From Alphaproteobacteria bacterium (lineage in GTDB: Bacteria; Pseudomonadota; Alphaproteobacteria; SP197), in NCBI GenBank assembly GCA_964291415.2, contig OZ219920.1, forward strand, positions 288,001-352,000: 64,000 nucleotides of DNA. The letters are read 5' to 3'. Shown here in pieces: positions 1 through 9,034 of this stretch (positions within the stretch are counted from its first letter, which is position 1; each line of letters opens with the position of its first letter). The position numbers and the translations under genes were made by a program. Below the pieces are notes generated by a model. That model worked only from the letters and a program-made list of their open reading frames with translations, had not been told where the DNA came from and searched no databases.

Positions 1-305
1 GGCGCCACGAACTCATCGGAGATGTCCGGGGCAGGGGCCTTGCCATCGGCATCGAACTGGTGACGGACCGCCGGACGAAGGAGCCGGCGACCAGGGAGGC
101 GGCGAAGGTGGTGCTGCGCTGCTACCAGCTCGGCGTCTTCATCACCTATGTCGGCATGGCGTCCAACGTCCCGGAACTGACCCCGCCGCTGACCCTGACC
201 GCCGACGAGGCCAGTGAGGCCCTCGCCGTGCTCGACCAGGCCATCGGCGATGTCGCGGCCGGGCGTGTCAGCGATGACGAGGTCTCGGCGTTCGCCGGCT
301 GGTGA
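1..305 (+). CDS. Class III PLP aminotransferase, C-terminal part (truncated by window edge)
   Basis: Frame from nt 3 reads RHELIGDVRGRGLAIGIELVTDRRTKEP...LTPPLT, the typical class III aminotransferase C-terminus. Confidence 0.85.
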   Translation, partial: RHELIGDVRGRGLAIGIELVTDRRTKEPATREAAKVVLRCYQLGVFITYVGMASNVPELTPPLTLTADEASEALAVLDQAIGDVAAGRVSDDEVSAFAGW

Positions 306-1084
306 GAATGCTCCAGGCATCAGACCCGCCGCCGTTCACATGGTTCAACCGGGAGGGCAGGGGGCCCTGTCTCATCGTCTGCGATCACGCCTCCAACACC
401 ATCCCCCTCGCCCTGGAGAACCTCGGCCTCGACGCGCATCACCTCGAACAGCACATTGCCTGGGATATCGGCGCCGCGTGGATCGCACGGCGACTGGCCA
501 CGTGCTTCGATGCGCCGCTGCTGCTCGCCGGCTATTCGCGCCTGGTGGCCGACTGCAACCGCTACCCCGACGATCCGGCCGCCATCGTCGAGGTGAGCGA
601 TACCATCCCGGTCGGCGGCAATCGCGGTCTTGCCAGGGAAGACCGCCAGCGGCGCCTGGAGGCGGTCTGGCATCCCTATCACGATGCCATCGAAGCCGCC
701 CTCGCAGACTGTGCCTTGCCTCCGGCTTTCATCTCGGTCCACACGATGACACGGTGCATGCGCGGTCACGAACCGCGCCCCGAGGCGTTCACCGTGTGCT
801 GGAGCCGGGACGACCGCATCGCGACCCCGCTCCTCGAGCGCCTGCGCGCCCGCGGCGATATCGTCGTCGGGGACAACCAGCCCTACGGTCTCGATATCGG
901 AGAGGACTACACGGTGCCCGAGCACGCGATGCGCCGCGGCCTCGCCCACCTCCAGTTCGAAGTGCGCCAGGACCTCGCCTCAACCCCTGACGATGCGGCA
1001 CGGTGGGCCGACCTCGTCCACGACCTCGCCGCCGATCTCGTGGCCGATGCCAGCCTGCGCCGGGAGCACCACGTCTGGCCCTGA
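302..1084 (+). CDS. N-formylglutamate amidohydrolase family protein
   Basis: CDHASN, HIAWDIGA, YSRLVADCNR, ISVHT, DNQPY and EVRQDL motifs; GTGA overlap with upstream gene. Confidence 0.9.
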   Translation: MRMLQASDPPPFTWFNREGRGPCLIVCDHASNTIPLALENLGLDAHHLEQHIAWDIGAAWIARRLATCFDAPLLLAGYSRLVADCNRYPDDPAAIVEVSDTIPVGGNRGLAREDRQRRLEAVWHPYHDAIEAALADCALPPAFISVHTMTRCMRGHEPRPEAFTVCWSRDDRIATPLLERLRARGDIVVGDNQPYGLDIGEDYTVPEHAMRRGLAHLQFEVRQDLASTPDDAARWADLVHDLAADLVADASLRREHHVWP

Positions 1085-1131
1085 CGCTTCCCTCCGGCAA
1101 ATGAATGACGCAAGACCCGCCTCTCCCACGT

Positions 1132-1419
1132 TCACAGATGCCTTTCCGCATCCATCTGTTGATGGAGCACACGGATGACAGCGATCCCTTCATCCGTTCG
1201 AACAAAGAAGACGAAGTGTCGTCCGACGGCGTACTTCAAATATCCGTCACGGACGCTGACCGTGCGACCCTGCTTCTTGCCTTGCGCCAGATCCTCACAA
1301 GCGTCGCGGATGCCGTCCGTGTACCGGTCAGCCTGATCGGGATTCCACGTCTCGGCGGTATAGTTCCAGATGCCATCGATATCTGAGATAGCGGCAGGTG
1401 AAAAGGTGGCCCGGTTCAA
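1132..1419 (-). CDS. parE: Type II toxin, ParE/RelE family
   Basis: FSPAAISDIDGIWNYTAETWNPDQADRY...IRVLHQQMD; ATGA overlap with antitoxin. Confidence 0.9.
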   Translation of the reverse strand: MNRATFSPAAISDIDGIWNYTAETWNPDQADRYTDGIRDACEDLAQGKKQGRTVSVRDGYLKYAVGRHFVFFVRTDEGIAVIRVLHQQMDAERHL

Positions 1420-1670
1420 CGTGCTGCTCGACTGAGCTCCGCTCTCTTGCGTTCCTTGAACTCTTCAAAGTCGAATGGCTGCGGCTTTCCCGATTGCTCA
1501 CCCGCGATCAAGGCCTCCTGCAGCGCTTTTACCCTCGTCTCGCGTTCCTCGAGCATGCGAAGGCCCGCCCGCACAACTTCGCTGGCCGACCCGTAGCGGC
1601 CTGACCGCACTTGCGTGTCGATAAAGTCGGCAAAGTGGTCGCCCAGCGACATGGATGTGTTTTTCGCCAT
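1416..1670 (-). CDS. parD: Type II antitoxin, ParD (CC2985-like RHH) family
   Basis: MAKNTSMSLGDHFADFIDTQVRSGRYGSASEVVRAGLRMLE; GGAGG RBS upstream. Confidence 0.92.
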   Translation of the reverse strand: MAKNTSMSLGDHFADFIDTQVRSGRYGSASEVVRAGLRMLEERETRVKALQEALIAGEQSGKPQPFDFEEFKERKRAELSRAAR

Positions 1671-1693
1671 GACACACCTCCCGCGAACAGCGT

Positions 1694-1710
1694 ATACCAA
1701 TCCTTGGTAT
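1694..1710. promoter_or_regulatory. Inverted repeat, probable ParD operator
   Basis: ATACCAA-tcc-TTGGTAT, a perfect 7-bp inverted repeat about 24 nt upstream of the parD start. Confidence 0.6.
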
Positions 1711-1865
1711 CTTCAAACATGATTCGGTTGTTCAAGAGCTGAAGCAAGCGAAGGAACGCAGACCATCTTCGCCGGATCCGGTGAGATGGTGCAGCAGTCG
1801 GGGCGTTGCCAAAGGGGAGGTGGCAGGGGAATACTGTCTCCATCACTTGCCAAGCGGAAGATTCC

Positions 1866-2417
1866 ATGTCCCGGAAGGAAGAACGCGATCGGGCGATCGC
1901 CGAAACACTTGAGAAGGTGCGCGCCGTGGAAGGCGTCACGCGCCAGTCGCTGGCGACGATCCGCGATCACATGATTGCCCTGGCACAGCGTCGAGATCTG
2001 TTTCCGGAAGAGGACTTTCCGCTTCCGGCAGATGGGACCGGCGAGGTCTTCGACGTCCTTTCGCGCGACGAAGACGGGCGCCACGAACTCTACATCGAGG
2101 TCGCCAACAAGCATGTCTGGACGCCTCCCCACAACCACACGACATGGGCCGTCGTGGTCGGCATCCAGGGCGTGGAACTCAACCGGATCTGGGAGGGGGC
2201 CGGCGGGCCGGCAGGCGAGGCGCCGCTCAGGCTTGCCCGCGAGGTCGAGGTCCGCAGTGGCGCCGGTGTCTGTCTCATGCCGAACGACTTCCACTCGATT
2301 CACATGGAAGAGGGGGTGCACAACATGCACCTTCATCTCTACGGACTGGGATTTGCCCATCTCAAGGGGCGGCTCATGTTCGATCAGGAAGCCGGCTCGT
2401 ATCGCAGTTTCGACTGA
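1866..2417 (+). CDS. Cysteine/thiol dioxygenase-like cupin
   Basis: TPPHNHTTWAVVVGIQGVELN, DFHSI and HLHLYG (3-His thiol dioxygenase motifs). Confidence 0.85.
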   Translation: MSRKEERDRAIAETLEKVRAVEGVTRQSLATIRDHMIALAQRRDLFPEEDFPLPADGTGEVFDVLSRDEDGRHELYIEVANKHVWTPPHNHTTWAVVVGIQGVELNRIWEGAGGPAGEAPLRLAREVEVRSGAGVCLMPNDFHSIHMEEGVHNMHLHLYGLGFAHLKGRLMFDQEAGSYRSFD

Positions 2418-2424
2418 AACGATC

Positions 2425-3975
2425 GTGACGGCATCCATCGACAGCACGGAGCTTCGCGAACGGATCATCGCCGGAGGCGAGTTCGCGCTCATCGATGTGC
2501 GCGAATCCGGTTCGTTTTCCCACGGTCATGTTCTGACCGCCTGCAATCTCCCTCTGTCGCGCCTTGAACTCGACGTCGTCACCCTGCTCCCGCGCAAGGC
2601 CACCTTTGTTGTCCTCACCGACGGCGGTGATGGTCTGGCAGGGCGCGCCGGGGGTGTGCTGCAGACCATGGGCTACGGCGACGTTGCCGTCCACGAGGGC
2701 GGGATCGAGGCCTGGCGGTTGGCGGGCGGCGAGGTCTTCGAAGGCATCAACGTTCCATCCAAGGCGTTTGGTGAGTGCGTCGAAAGCGCCTGCGCCACCC
2801 CGGCCCTGGATGCCGCCGAGGTCCATCGCCGGATTGCCGCAGGCGACGACATCATCGTCCTCGACGGACGTCCCTTCAGCGAGTACGCAGACTTCGCCAT
2901 CCCGGGTGCGCTCAGTTGTCCCAACAGTGAACTGGCGCGCCACGTTGCGGATCTCGCGCCTTCGCCCTCGACCACGGTTGTCGTCAACTGTGCGGGAAGG
3001 ACCCGTTCGATCATCGGGGCGCAGACACTGAGGAACACGGGCCTTGCCAATCCCGTCCATGCCCTTGAGAACGGCACCATCGGCTGGGAGTGGGCGGGCC
3101 ATTCACTCGAGTTCGGAGCCAGCCGGCGCCCAGGCGGCACGACGGAGTCATCGCGCGCATGGGGGCTTGAGGCATGCCGGAACATGGCATCGGCGACCGG
3201 GCTGGACGAGATCGATGACGCGACACTCGACGACTGGCTCCAGGATGATTCGAGGACCCTCTACCGGTTCGACGTCCGCTCGCCCGAGGAACACGCGCGG
3301 GGTGTCCTTGCCGGCATGACTGCGATCGAGGGAACGCAGCTGGTCCAGCAGACCGACTCCTGGATTGCAGTGCGCGACGCCCGCATCGTGCTTGGTGACG
3401 ACTGTGGCACCCGATCGAGGTTTGCCGGTCACTGGCTGAGACAGATGGGCTTTCGCGACGTTCATGTGCTGGACACCGACCAGGTGTTGCCGGTCCCGTC
3501 GGCCCCGCCGGATGCACCGATGGTCCATCCCGTCGACGCGACGGCTGACGGATGGACGATTCTCGACCTCTCGTCGTCGCTGCAGTACATGTCATGCCAC
3601 CCTGAGGGGGCTTTGTGGGCCTTGCGGTCCAGGCTGGCGGGGTGTGCGTCGGCGGCGGATCGCGGCCTCGCCGTACTCGATGACGAGGGCGGTCACCTTG
3701 CGGCCCTCGCCGTGGCGGACCTTGCCGGTCTCGGCATCGGGGCTCGTGTCGTGGAAGGCGGTCTCGAGGCCTGGATCGCCGCCGGACTGCCGGTGGCGTC
3801 TGGCTACGAGGGAGCATTGTGCGCCATGGATGACCAGGGCGAGGCGCCGTTCGAGATTTTCGACGATCCCGATGGCGCCAAACGCCGGTACATTGCCTGG
3901 GAGAAGGGTCTCCCGGCCCAGATTGAAAGGGACGGGCTGTTGTCGTTTCGTCCCGTCACCGTCACAACATCATGA
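2425..3975 (+). CDS. Multi-domain (about 4x) rhodanese/sulfurtransferase
   Basis: LIDVRE...HGH, LDGRP...IPGA, VNCAGRTRS (catalytic Cys) and FDVRSPEE repeats; C-terminal YIAWEKGL; start estimated at GTG 2425. Confidence 0.88.
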   Translation: MTASIDSTELRERIIAGGEFALIDVRESGSFSHGHVLTACNLPLSRLELDVVTLLPRKATFVVLTDGGDGLAGRAGGVLQTMGYGDVAVHEGGIEAWRLAGGEVFEGINVPSKAFGECVESACATPALDAAEVHRRIAAGDDIIVLDGRPFSEYADFAIPGALSCPNSELARHVADLAPSPSTTVVVNCAGRTRSIIGAQTLRNTGLANPVHALENGTIGWEWAGHSLEFGASRRPGGTTESSRAWGLEACRNMASATGLDEIDDATLDDWLQDDSRTLYRFDVRSPEEHARGVLAGMTAIEGTQLVQQTDSWIAVRDARIVLGDDCGTRSRFAGHWLRQMGFRDVHVLDTDQVLPVPSAPPDAPMVHPVDATADGWTILDLSSSLQYMSCHPEGALWALRSRLAGCASAADRGLAVLDDEGGHLAALAVADLAGLGIGARVVEGGLEAWIAAGLPVASGYEGALCAMDDQGEAPFEIFDDPDGAKRRYIAWEKGLPAQIERDGLLSFRPVTVTTS

Positions 3976-3990
3976 AGGAGGACACTGACC

Positions 3991-4772
3991 ATGAGTGATC
4001 TGAGATCTATCCGTTACAGCAACCAGGGCCCTGAAGGTACCGGACTCCAGCCGTGGGATCCCATCCCCAGGGAGTCTCTCATTTCCGGGGATCCCGTGCA
4101 GTCCGGCCATGTCTACCACAGCGACGACACGGGCCAGCTGACCTCCGGAGTCTGGCATTGCACGCCCATGGTGGCGAAGCCGGGGCCCTACGACGTCAAC
4201 GAGTTCATGCTGGTGCTCGATGGCGCCATCACCCTCGTGTACGGCAACGGGAACGAGGAGACATTCAGCGCCGGGGAGTGCTTCGTCATCCCCAAGGGGA
4301 CGCCGCTCTCCTGGAAGCAGACCGGGGACGTCCTCAAGTACTGGGTCATCTTCGAGGACAATTCGGGCGAGGAACTCGAGGCTGCCGAAAGGGTGGCGCG
4401 GCGCATCGATCCCGGCACGGCCTCGAGCCGGTCGGTGAGCAGGACACGTCACGCTACATCGGCGGTGTGCCGGAGCAGGGAATCCGGATTCTGTTCCAGG
4501 ATGCCACCCGCCAGATGGTGTGCGGGGTCTGGCAGACCAGCGAGATGCACACGAAACCGGCGCCGTTTCCGAGAAACGAACTCATGCACATCCTGGAAGG
4601 AGAGGTGACGATCACCGACGGTTCCGGTCATGCCGAGACCTATTCTGCGGGTGACACGTTCATGGTTCCCAAGGGCGCCATCTACCAGTGGGACAGCACG
4701 GGAACCGTCCGCAAGATCTTCTGCATCTTCCAGGCGAGGGAGGTGGCTGCGGTCGAGCAGGCCGCAGAGTAG
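3991..4772 (+). pseudogene. Tandem DUF861/EutQ-like cupin protein, frameshifted near 4415
   Basis: Domain 1 (GVWHCTP...NEFMLVLDG, ORF 3991) and domain 2 (GVWQTS...NELMHILEG, ORF 4053 frame) lie in different frames. Confidence 0.75.
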
Positions 4773-4832
4773 GCTGACAGTCGCCTGACGATTGCCTATT
4801 CTTGCTGCGTTCCAGACCTTGAGGATACAGAC

Positions 4833-5123
4833 ATGGCACAAAGCAAGATTGTGAGTTTTGCCGTGGCGGGCGCCGTCGCCGCGGCGCTCTCGGCCCACAC
4901 CGCCGGGACCGTTCAGGCGGCAGAGGAGAAGTGCTACGGCGTGGCGCTGGCCGGCGAGAACGACTGTGCGGCGGGTGAAGGCACGACCTGTGCAGGCACC
5001 TCCACGGTCGATTACCAGGGCAATGCCTGGTCGCTGGTTCCGGAAGGAACCTGCCTGACCATGGAACTCCCCGGTGATCGCAACGGGTCCCTCGAAGAGC
5101 TCGATCGCGACCTGCCCGGATAA
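4833..5123 (+). CDS. bufA1: DUF2282 bufferin (BufA1-type) RiPP metallophore precursor with Sec signal
   Basis: Signal peptide, then [26 protein letters not shown]...W..VPEGTC (4 Cys); adjacent to DUF692. Confidence 0.92.
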   Translation: MAQSKIVSFAVAGAVAAALSAHTAGTVQAAEEKCYGVALAGENDCAAGEGTTCAGTSTVDYQGNAWSLVPEGTCLTMELPGDRNGSLEELDRDLPG

Positions 5124-5132
5124 GTGCGGCGG

Positions 5133-5158
5133 CGACCCCGGCCACCTGGCCGGGGTCG
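5133..5158 (+). other. Perfect 12-bp stem-loop between precursor and MNIO gene
   Basis: CGACCCCGGCCA-cc-TGGCCGGGGTCG. Confidence 0.7.
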
Positions 5159-5166
5159 AATCGCGG

Positions 5167-6021
5167 ATGCCCGCGGAAACTCCGGCCCTTCCGCCGGACG
5201 TCGGCGTCGGCTTCAAGCTGCGGCACCTCGAGGACGCCCTGGCAGCGCCCGGACCGGTGACGTGGCTGGAGGTCCACGCGGAAAACTACATGGTCGATGG
5301 CGGACCGAGGATGGCTGCGCTGCGGCGCGTCGCCGAACGGTTCGCCATTTCCTGTCACGGAGTGGGCCTTTCCATCGGCTCAGACGAGCCGCTTGACCGC
5401 GAGCATCTCGATCGTCTCGCCGGTCTCGTGAATCGGTTCGCGCCGGCCATGGTGTCGGAACACCTGGCCTGGTCGCGGCACGGTCATCACTGTTTCAACG
5501 ACCTTCTTCCCGTGGCGTACGACGAGGTCGCCCTGAACCGGGTGTGCGGCCACGTCGACGAGGTGCAGGAGCGCCTCGGCCGGCGAATCCTCATCGAGAA
5601 CCCGGCGAACTACCTCATCTGGGCCAGCAGCACCCTGGAAGAGACCGCATTCCTGGAGGAGATGGCCAGACGCACCGGGTGCGGTCTCCTCCTCGATCTC
5701 AACAACGTCCATGTCTCGGCCGTCAACCTGGGATTCGATGCGCGCGACTGGCTGGAGTCCTTCCCGCTCTCCGCCGCCGCCGAGATCCACCTTGCCGGTC
5801 ACCACGAAGACCGGGACGACGACGGTTCGCGGTTGCTCATCGATTCCCATGGTGCTGCAGTCGTGGATGACGTGCTGGCGCTCTACGGCGACGTCTGTGC
5901 GCGTACCGGTCCCCTGCCGACTCTCATCGAATGGGACAGCGACGTTCCGCCATGGTCCACACTGGTCGCCGAGGCCAGCCGTGCCGGCGCCATCCTCGAG
6001 GCGGCGCGTCGACATGACTGA
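5167..6021 (+). CDS. bufB: DUF692 multinuclear non-heme iron oxidative enzyme (MNIO), bufferin maturase
   Basis: LEVHAENYM, CHGVGLSIG, SEHLAW, DLLP, IENP, LLLDLNNV, EIHLAGH, IDSH and IEWD motifs. Confidence 0.95.
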   Translation: MPAETPALPPDVGVGFKLRHLEDALAAPGPVTWLEVHAENYMVDGGPRMAALRRVAERFAISCHGVGLSIGSDEPLDREHLDRLAGLVNRFAPAMVSEHLAWSRHGHHCFNDLLPVAYDEVALNRVCGHVDEVQERLGRRILIENPANYLIWASSTLEETAFLEEMARRTGCGLLLDLNNVHVSAVNLGFDARDWLESFPLSAAAEIHLAGHHEDRDDDGSRLLIDSHGAAVVDDVLALYGDVCARTGPLPTLIEWDSDVPPWSTLVAEASRAGAILEAARRHD

Positions 6022-6790
6022 CAGTCAGGGCGTGTTCGCGAAGGCGCTTCTCGATCCCTCGGCGCGGATTCCGGAGGGCCTGCGGCGCCCCGACGGCGCG
6101 CCGGCTGCCCGGCGCTTCGACATCTACCGCAACAATGTCGTCGCCTCTCTCGTCGATGCGCTGGCCGATTCCTTCGGTGTCACCCATTCCATTGTCGGCA
6201 GGGCGTTCTTCCGCGCCATGGCGGGAGAGTTTGTCCGAGCCCATCCTCCGCGCACGCCCTGCGTGATCGACTACGGAGACTGTTTCCCCGATTTCATCGA
6301 CGGCTTTGACCCGGCCGGCGGATTGCCCTACCTGGGCGACGTGGCGCGTCTCGAGGTGGCGCGCCGACGATCCTACCACGCCGCGGACGACGGCATCGCC
6401 GATCCCGGCTGTCTCGCCGGCCTCGACGAGGAAGCGCTGCTCGGAACCCGCATGAAGTTCAGGGCGTCCACGGCCATCGTGCGGTCGTCACACCCCTTGT
6501 GGTCCATCTGGCGTCACAACACGACGGACGAGTCATCGCCCGTTCCGGTCCGCTCCGAGGACGTCCTGGTGTCACGGCCCGCTGACAGCGTCCTTCTTCA
6601 CAGGCTGCCGCCAGGGAGCGCCGATCTTCTCGAGAGTCTCTCGAGAGGCGACTCCCTGGGAGACGCTGTCCGCACGTGCGAAGGCGTCGTCGACCTCGCC
6701 GCCAGTCTCACCGTCGTCCTCGATGCCCGCGCCATCAAAGAGATTGCTCCTCCTGGTTCTGCGCCGGAATCTGTTGGCCGATCCACCTGA
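6014..6790 (+). CDS. DUF2063 (HvfC/BufC-like) MNIO partner protein
   Basis: RFDIYRNNVVASLVDAL, VGRAFFRAMA, YG..FPDFI, PYLGDVARLE...YHAAD. Confidence 0.9.
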   Translation: MTDSQGVFAKALLDPSARIPEGLRRPDGAPAARRFDIYRNNVVASLVDALADSFGVTHSIVGRAFFRAMAGEFVRAHPPRTPCVIDYGDCFPDFIDGFDPAGGLPYLGDVARLEVARRRSYHAADDGIADPGCLAGLDEEALLGTRMKFRASTAIVRSSHPLWSIWRHNTTDESSPVPVRSEDVLVSRPADSVLLHRLPPGSADLLESLSRGDSLGDAVRTCEGVVDLAASLTVVLDARAIKEIAPPGSAPESVGRST

Positions 6791-6910
6791 GCGCGCGGAC
6801 CGAGCGAAGAACCAGGATGTGGGTTCCCGGGCGCCAACGCGCGGCAACACGATCGCTGATCTTCCGTCTCCGCCCGGTGACAAAGTCCTCGTTGCTCGAT
6901 TCACGTCGGT

Positions 6911-6961
6911 TTGCAGTCAGTCCACAAATGTACTATTCTGTCCATAGGAACCATTTGTGGA
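6911..6961 (+). promoter_or_regulatory. Sigma70-like promoter with overlapping 10-bp inverted repeat (probable antitoxin operator)
   Basis: TTGCAG(6911)-N17-TATTCT(6934); TCCACAAATG(6921-6930)...CATTTGTGGA(6952-6961). Confidence 0.6.
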
Positions 6962-6968
6962 GTCGACC

Positions 6969-7373
6969 ATGGTTGAACAGGCACGTCCGGCAACCGCGTT
7001 GGACCGGAGGAGTCTCTCTGGACCGGCGTTGCGCACGTTCTTTCGCATCGCGGTTCTCTGGGGCCTTTCGGTCGAGGAACAGATGACTCTGCTTGGACTG
7101 ACGGCTCGATCGACTTTCTTCAAGTGGAAAAAGGAACCGAACACCGTTCTGCCAAAGGATACGCTGGAGCGCGTGTCCTACATTCTCGGCATCTACAAGG
7201 CACTTCAGCTTCTGCTTCCCGACGAACAGGCGGCCGATGAATGGGTGAGACGTCCGAACGCAGCGCCGCTGTTCGCCGGTCAGTCGGCACTCGAGCGCAT
7301 GCTCTCCGGCCAGGTCGCAGATCTCTTCGTCGTGCGGCAGTACCTCGACGCACAACGGGGTGGCTGGGCATGA
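6969..7373 (+). CDS. Xre/MbcA/ParS family antitoxin (DUF2384)
   Basis: ALRTFFRIAVLWGLS...STFFKWK...DTLERVSYILGIYKALQLL...WVRRPN..PLF.GQSAL...VRQYLDAQRGG. Confidence 0.92.
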   Translation: MVEQARPATALDRRSLSGPALRTFFRIAVLWGLSVEEQMTLLGLTARSTFFKWKKEPNTVLPKDTLERVSYILGIYKALQLLLPDEQAADEWVRRPNAAPLFAGQSALERMLSGQVADLFVVRQYLDAQRGGWA

Positions 7374-8047
7374 CGCTGCCGGTTGTCCAGGTCCAGTGGA
7401 AGCCATGCTGGCGGATCATCCCCAGCCGTTTTCCCCCAATTCAGCTCTTCGAGCGGGTGACCGATCCGGTCGATCTCGAAGCAGTCTTCGAGTTGGAGGC
7501 GTTGACCAATCCCCGGCTTCGCGACGAGGCTGGCGATATTCGGCTTGTGCCGCCGGAAGATCGCATCAGTGGACCCGGGACCACCGTCATCATGGCAGCC
7601 TTCACCCATCTGAGCCCCGACGGCAGCTGGTTCTCGGATGGCACGTACGGTGTCTTCTATGCCGCGAGAGACCTCGTCACGGCCATTTCCGAGACCAAGC
7701 ACCATCGCGAGCGGTTCCTGAGTGCCACGGCCCAGGCGCACATGGAACTGGACATGCGGGTCTATCGGGTTGACCTCGACGGAAACCTGCATGACCTGCG
7801 TGGCCTGAAGGAGGCAGAGCCGCTCGTCTACCACAGAGACAGTTACGTCGCGGGCCAGCACCTGGCGAGAACGCTTCGCAAGACCGGGTCGAACGGTATC
7901 GCCTATGACAGCGTTCGTCGGACGGACGGCCAATGTGTCGCCGTGTTCCGACCGCCACTTCTCTCCAACGCCCGCCAGGAGCGGCATCTCTGCTACGTGT
8001 GGAACGGCCACGCGGTTGAAACCGTTTACGAGAAGCGCGAAATCTGA
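7370..8047 (+). CDS. RES-domain toxin (NAD+ phosphorylase family)
   Basis: RIIPSRFPPI, LEALTNPR, FSDGTYGVFYAA, TAISET and YDSVR (R-E-S residues); ATGA overlap. Confidence 0.92.
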   Translation: MTLPVVQVQWKPCWRIIPSRFPPIQLFERVTDPVDLEAVFELEALTNPRLRDEAGDIRLVPPEDRISGPGTTVIMAAFTHLSPDGSWFSDGTYGVFYAARDLVTAISETKHHRERFLSATAQAHMELDMRVYRVDLDGNLHDLRGLKEAEPLVYHRDSYVAGQHLARTLRKTGSNGIAYDSVRRTDGQCVAVFRPPLLSNARQERHLCYVWNGHAVETVYEKREI

Positions 8048-8443
8048 CGTGACGGCCCGGTCCAATGATGTTGCAAGGCAGCTCTCGCAGGCATCGGGGA
8101 GCGCGTCTTTCGCAGACCGGCAGATTCGGGAGACACCGTGTCGCGATCATCGCTCAAGAGAGAGAACAAGGCCGCGCTTGAGGAAACGATCCAGGCGGGA
8201 CGGCGGCTCGACGAGGCTGCCGGCATTTGAATGACCTCTCTGCGGGACACGGGATGTTGCGTCATCCCGGACGCCCGCGCCGCGCGGGTGATCGATCTTC
8301 CTCCACCTGGTGCCGGTGTTGCCCACGGGCTCGACTGAGTGGCGCAGAACCTGTCAGGGGGCGTGCGGTGGCGCACCGGCCGGCGAATCACGTATCATGG
8401 TCTCCACGGAAGTGGCCACGCCAAGGCAACGGGGAGGACGACA

Positions 8444-8504
8444 TGAACCCTCTGCATTCCCTGGAAATGTCGTGGGGCTGTGAACCCTCTGCATTCCCTG
8501 GAAA
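8444..8504 (+). repeat. 24-bp direct repeat duplicating the DoxX gene start
   Basis: TGAACCCTCTGCATTCCCTGGAAA at 8444-8467 and 8481-8504, separated by 13 nt. Confidence 0.9.
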
Positions 8505-9031
8505 ACCGGATCATCGGACCGCTGGGCGATCTGCTCGGCGGCGCCGTTCTCACCACCCTGGCGCGTCTGGTCTTTCTGACCACGCTGGCAACCTTCTTCT
8601 GGACGTCAGCCACCACCAAGCTCGGTGAGGGAATCGTGGGCATTGTTTCGCCTTCGACCGGCGCCTATGCGCAGATCCTGCCGGTGCAGATCGAGGCTGT
8701 AGGCTACGATGTCTCGCAACTCGGTGTGATCTCCTGGCTGATTGTGGTGGCGGGAATGTGGGCGGAATTCCTGCTGCCCTTCCTCATCGTCATCGGCCTC
8801 TTCACGCGCTCGGCCGCTCTCGGAATGATCGGCTTCATCGTCGTCATGAGCATCGTTGATATTGCCGGCCACGGTGCCGGGGCGGTGACCATCGGAGCCT
8901 GGTTCGACAATGTTCCCGATGCGAAGATTCTCGATCAGCGCGCTCTGTGGATTCTGCTGCTTCTCATTCCCCTGACCAAGGGAGCGGGGCCGCTGTCGGT
9001 CGATGCCTTCTTCCTGCGCCGTCGATTCTGA
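8480..9031 (+). CDS. DoxX family membrane protein (bufferin BufD-like); start region disrupted
   Basis: LARLVF...FFWTSATTK, AEFLLPFLIVIGLFTRSAALGMIGFI, DQR and GAGPLSVD. Confidence 0.88.
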   Translation: MNPLHSLENRIIGPLGDLLGGAVLTTLARLVFLTTLATFFWTSATTKLGEGIVGIVSPSTGAYAQILPVQIEAVGYDVSQLGVISWLIVVAGMWAEFLLPFLIVIGLFTRSAALGMIGFIVVMSIVDIAGHGAGAVTIGAWFDNVPDAKILDQRALWILLLLIPLTKGAGPLSVDAFFLRRRF

Positions 9032-9034
9032 GCG

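Noticed and set aside
1975-2424. Long N-terminal extensions in the ORF track (e.g. 1975, 5711, 7241, 22422, 23321, 52403, 58425)
   Set aside because: They overlap genuine neighbouring genes in other frames, a high-GC artefact; starts were trimmed to motif/RBS-supported positions
5167-6021. MNIO acting in trans on the Cys-repeat protein 47 kb away
   Set aside because: The MNIO has its own cognate DUF2282 precursor and the two substrates share no motif; speculation only
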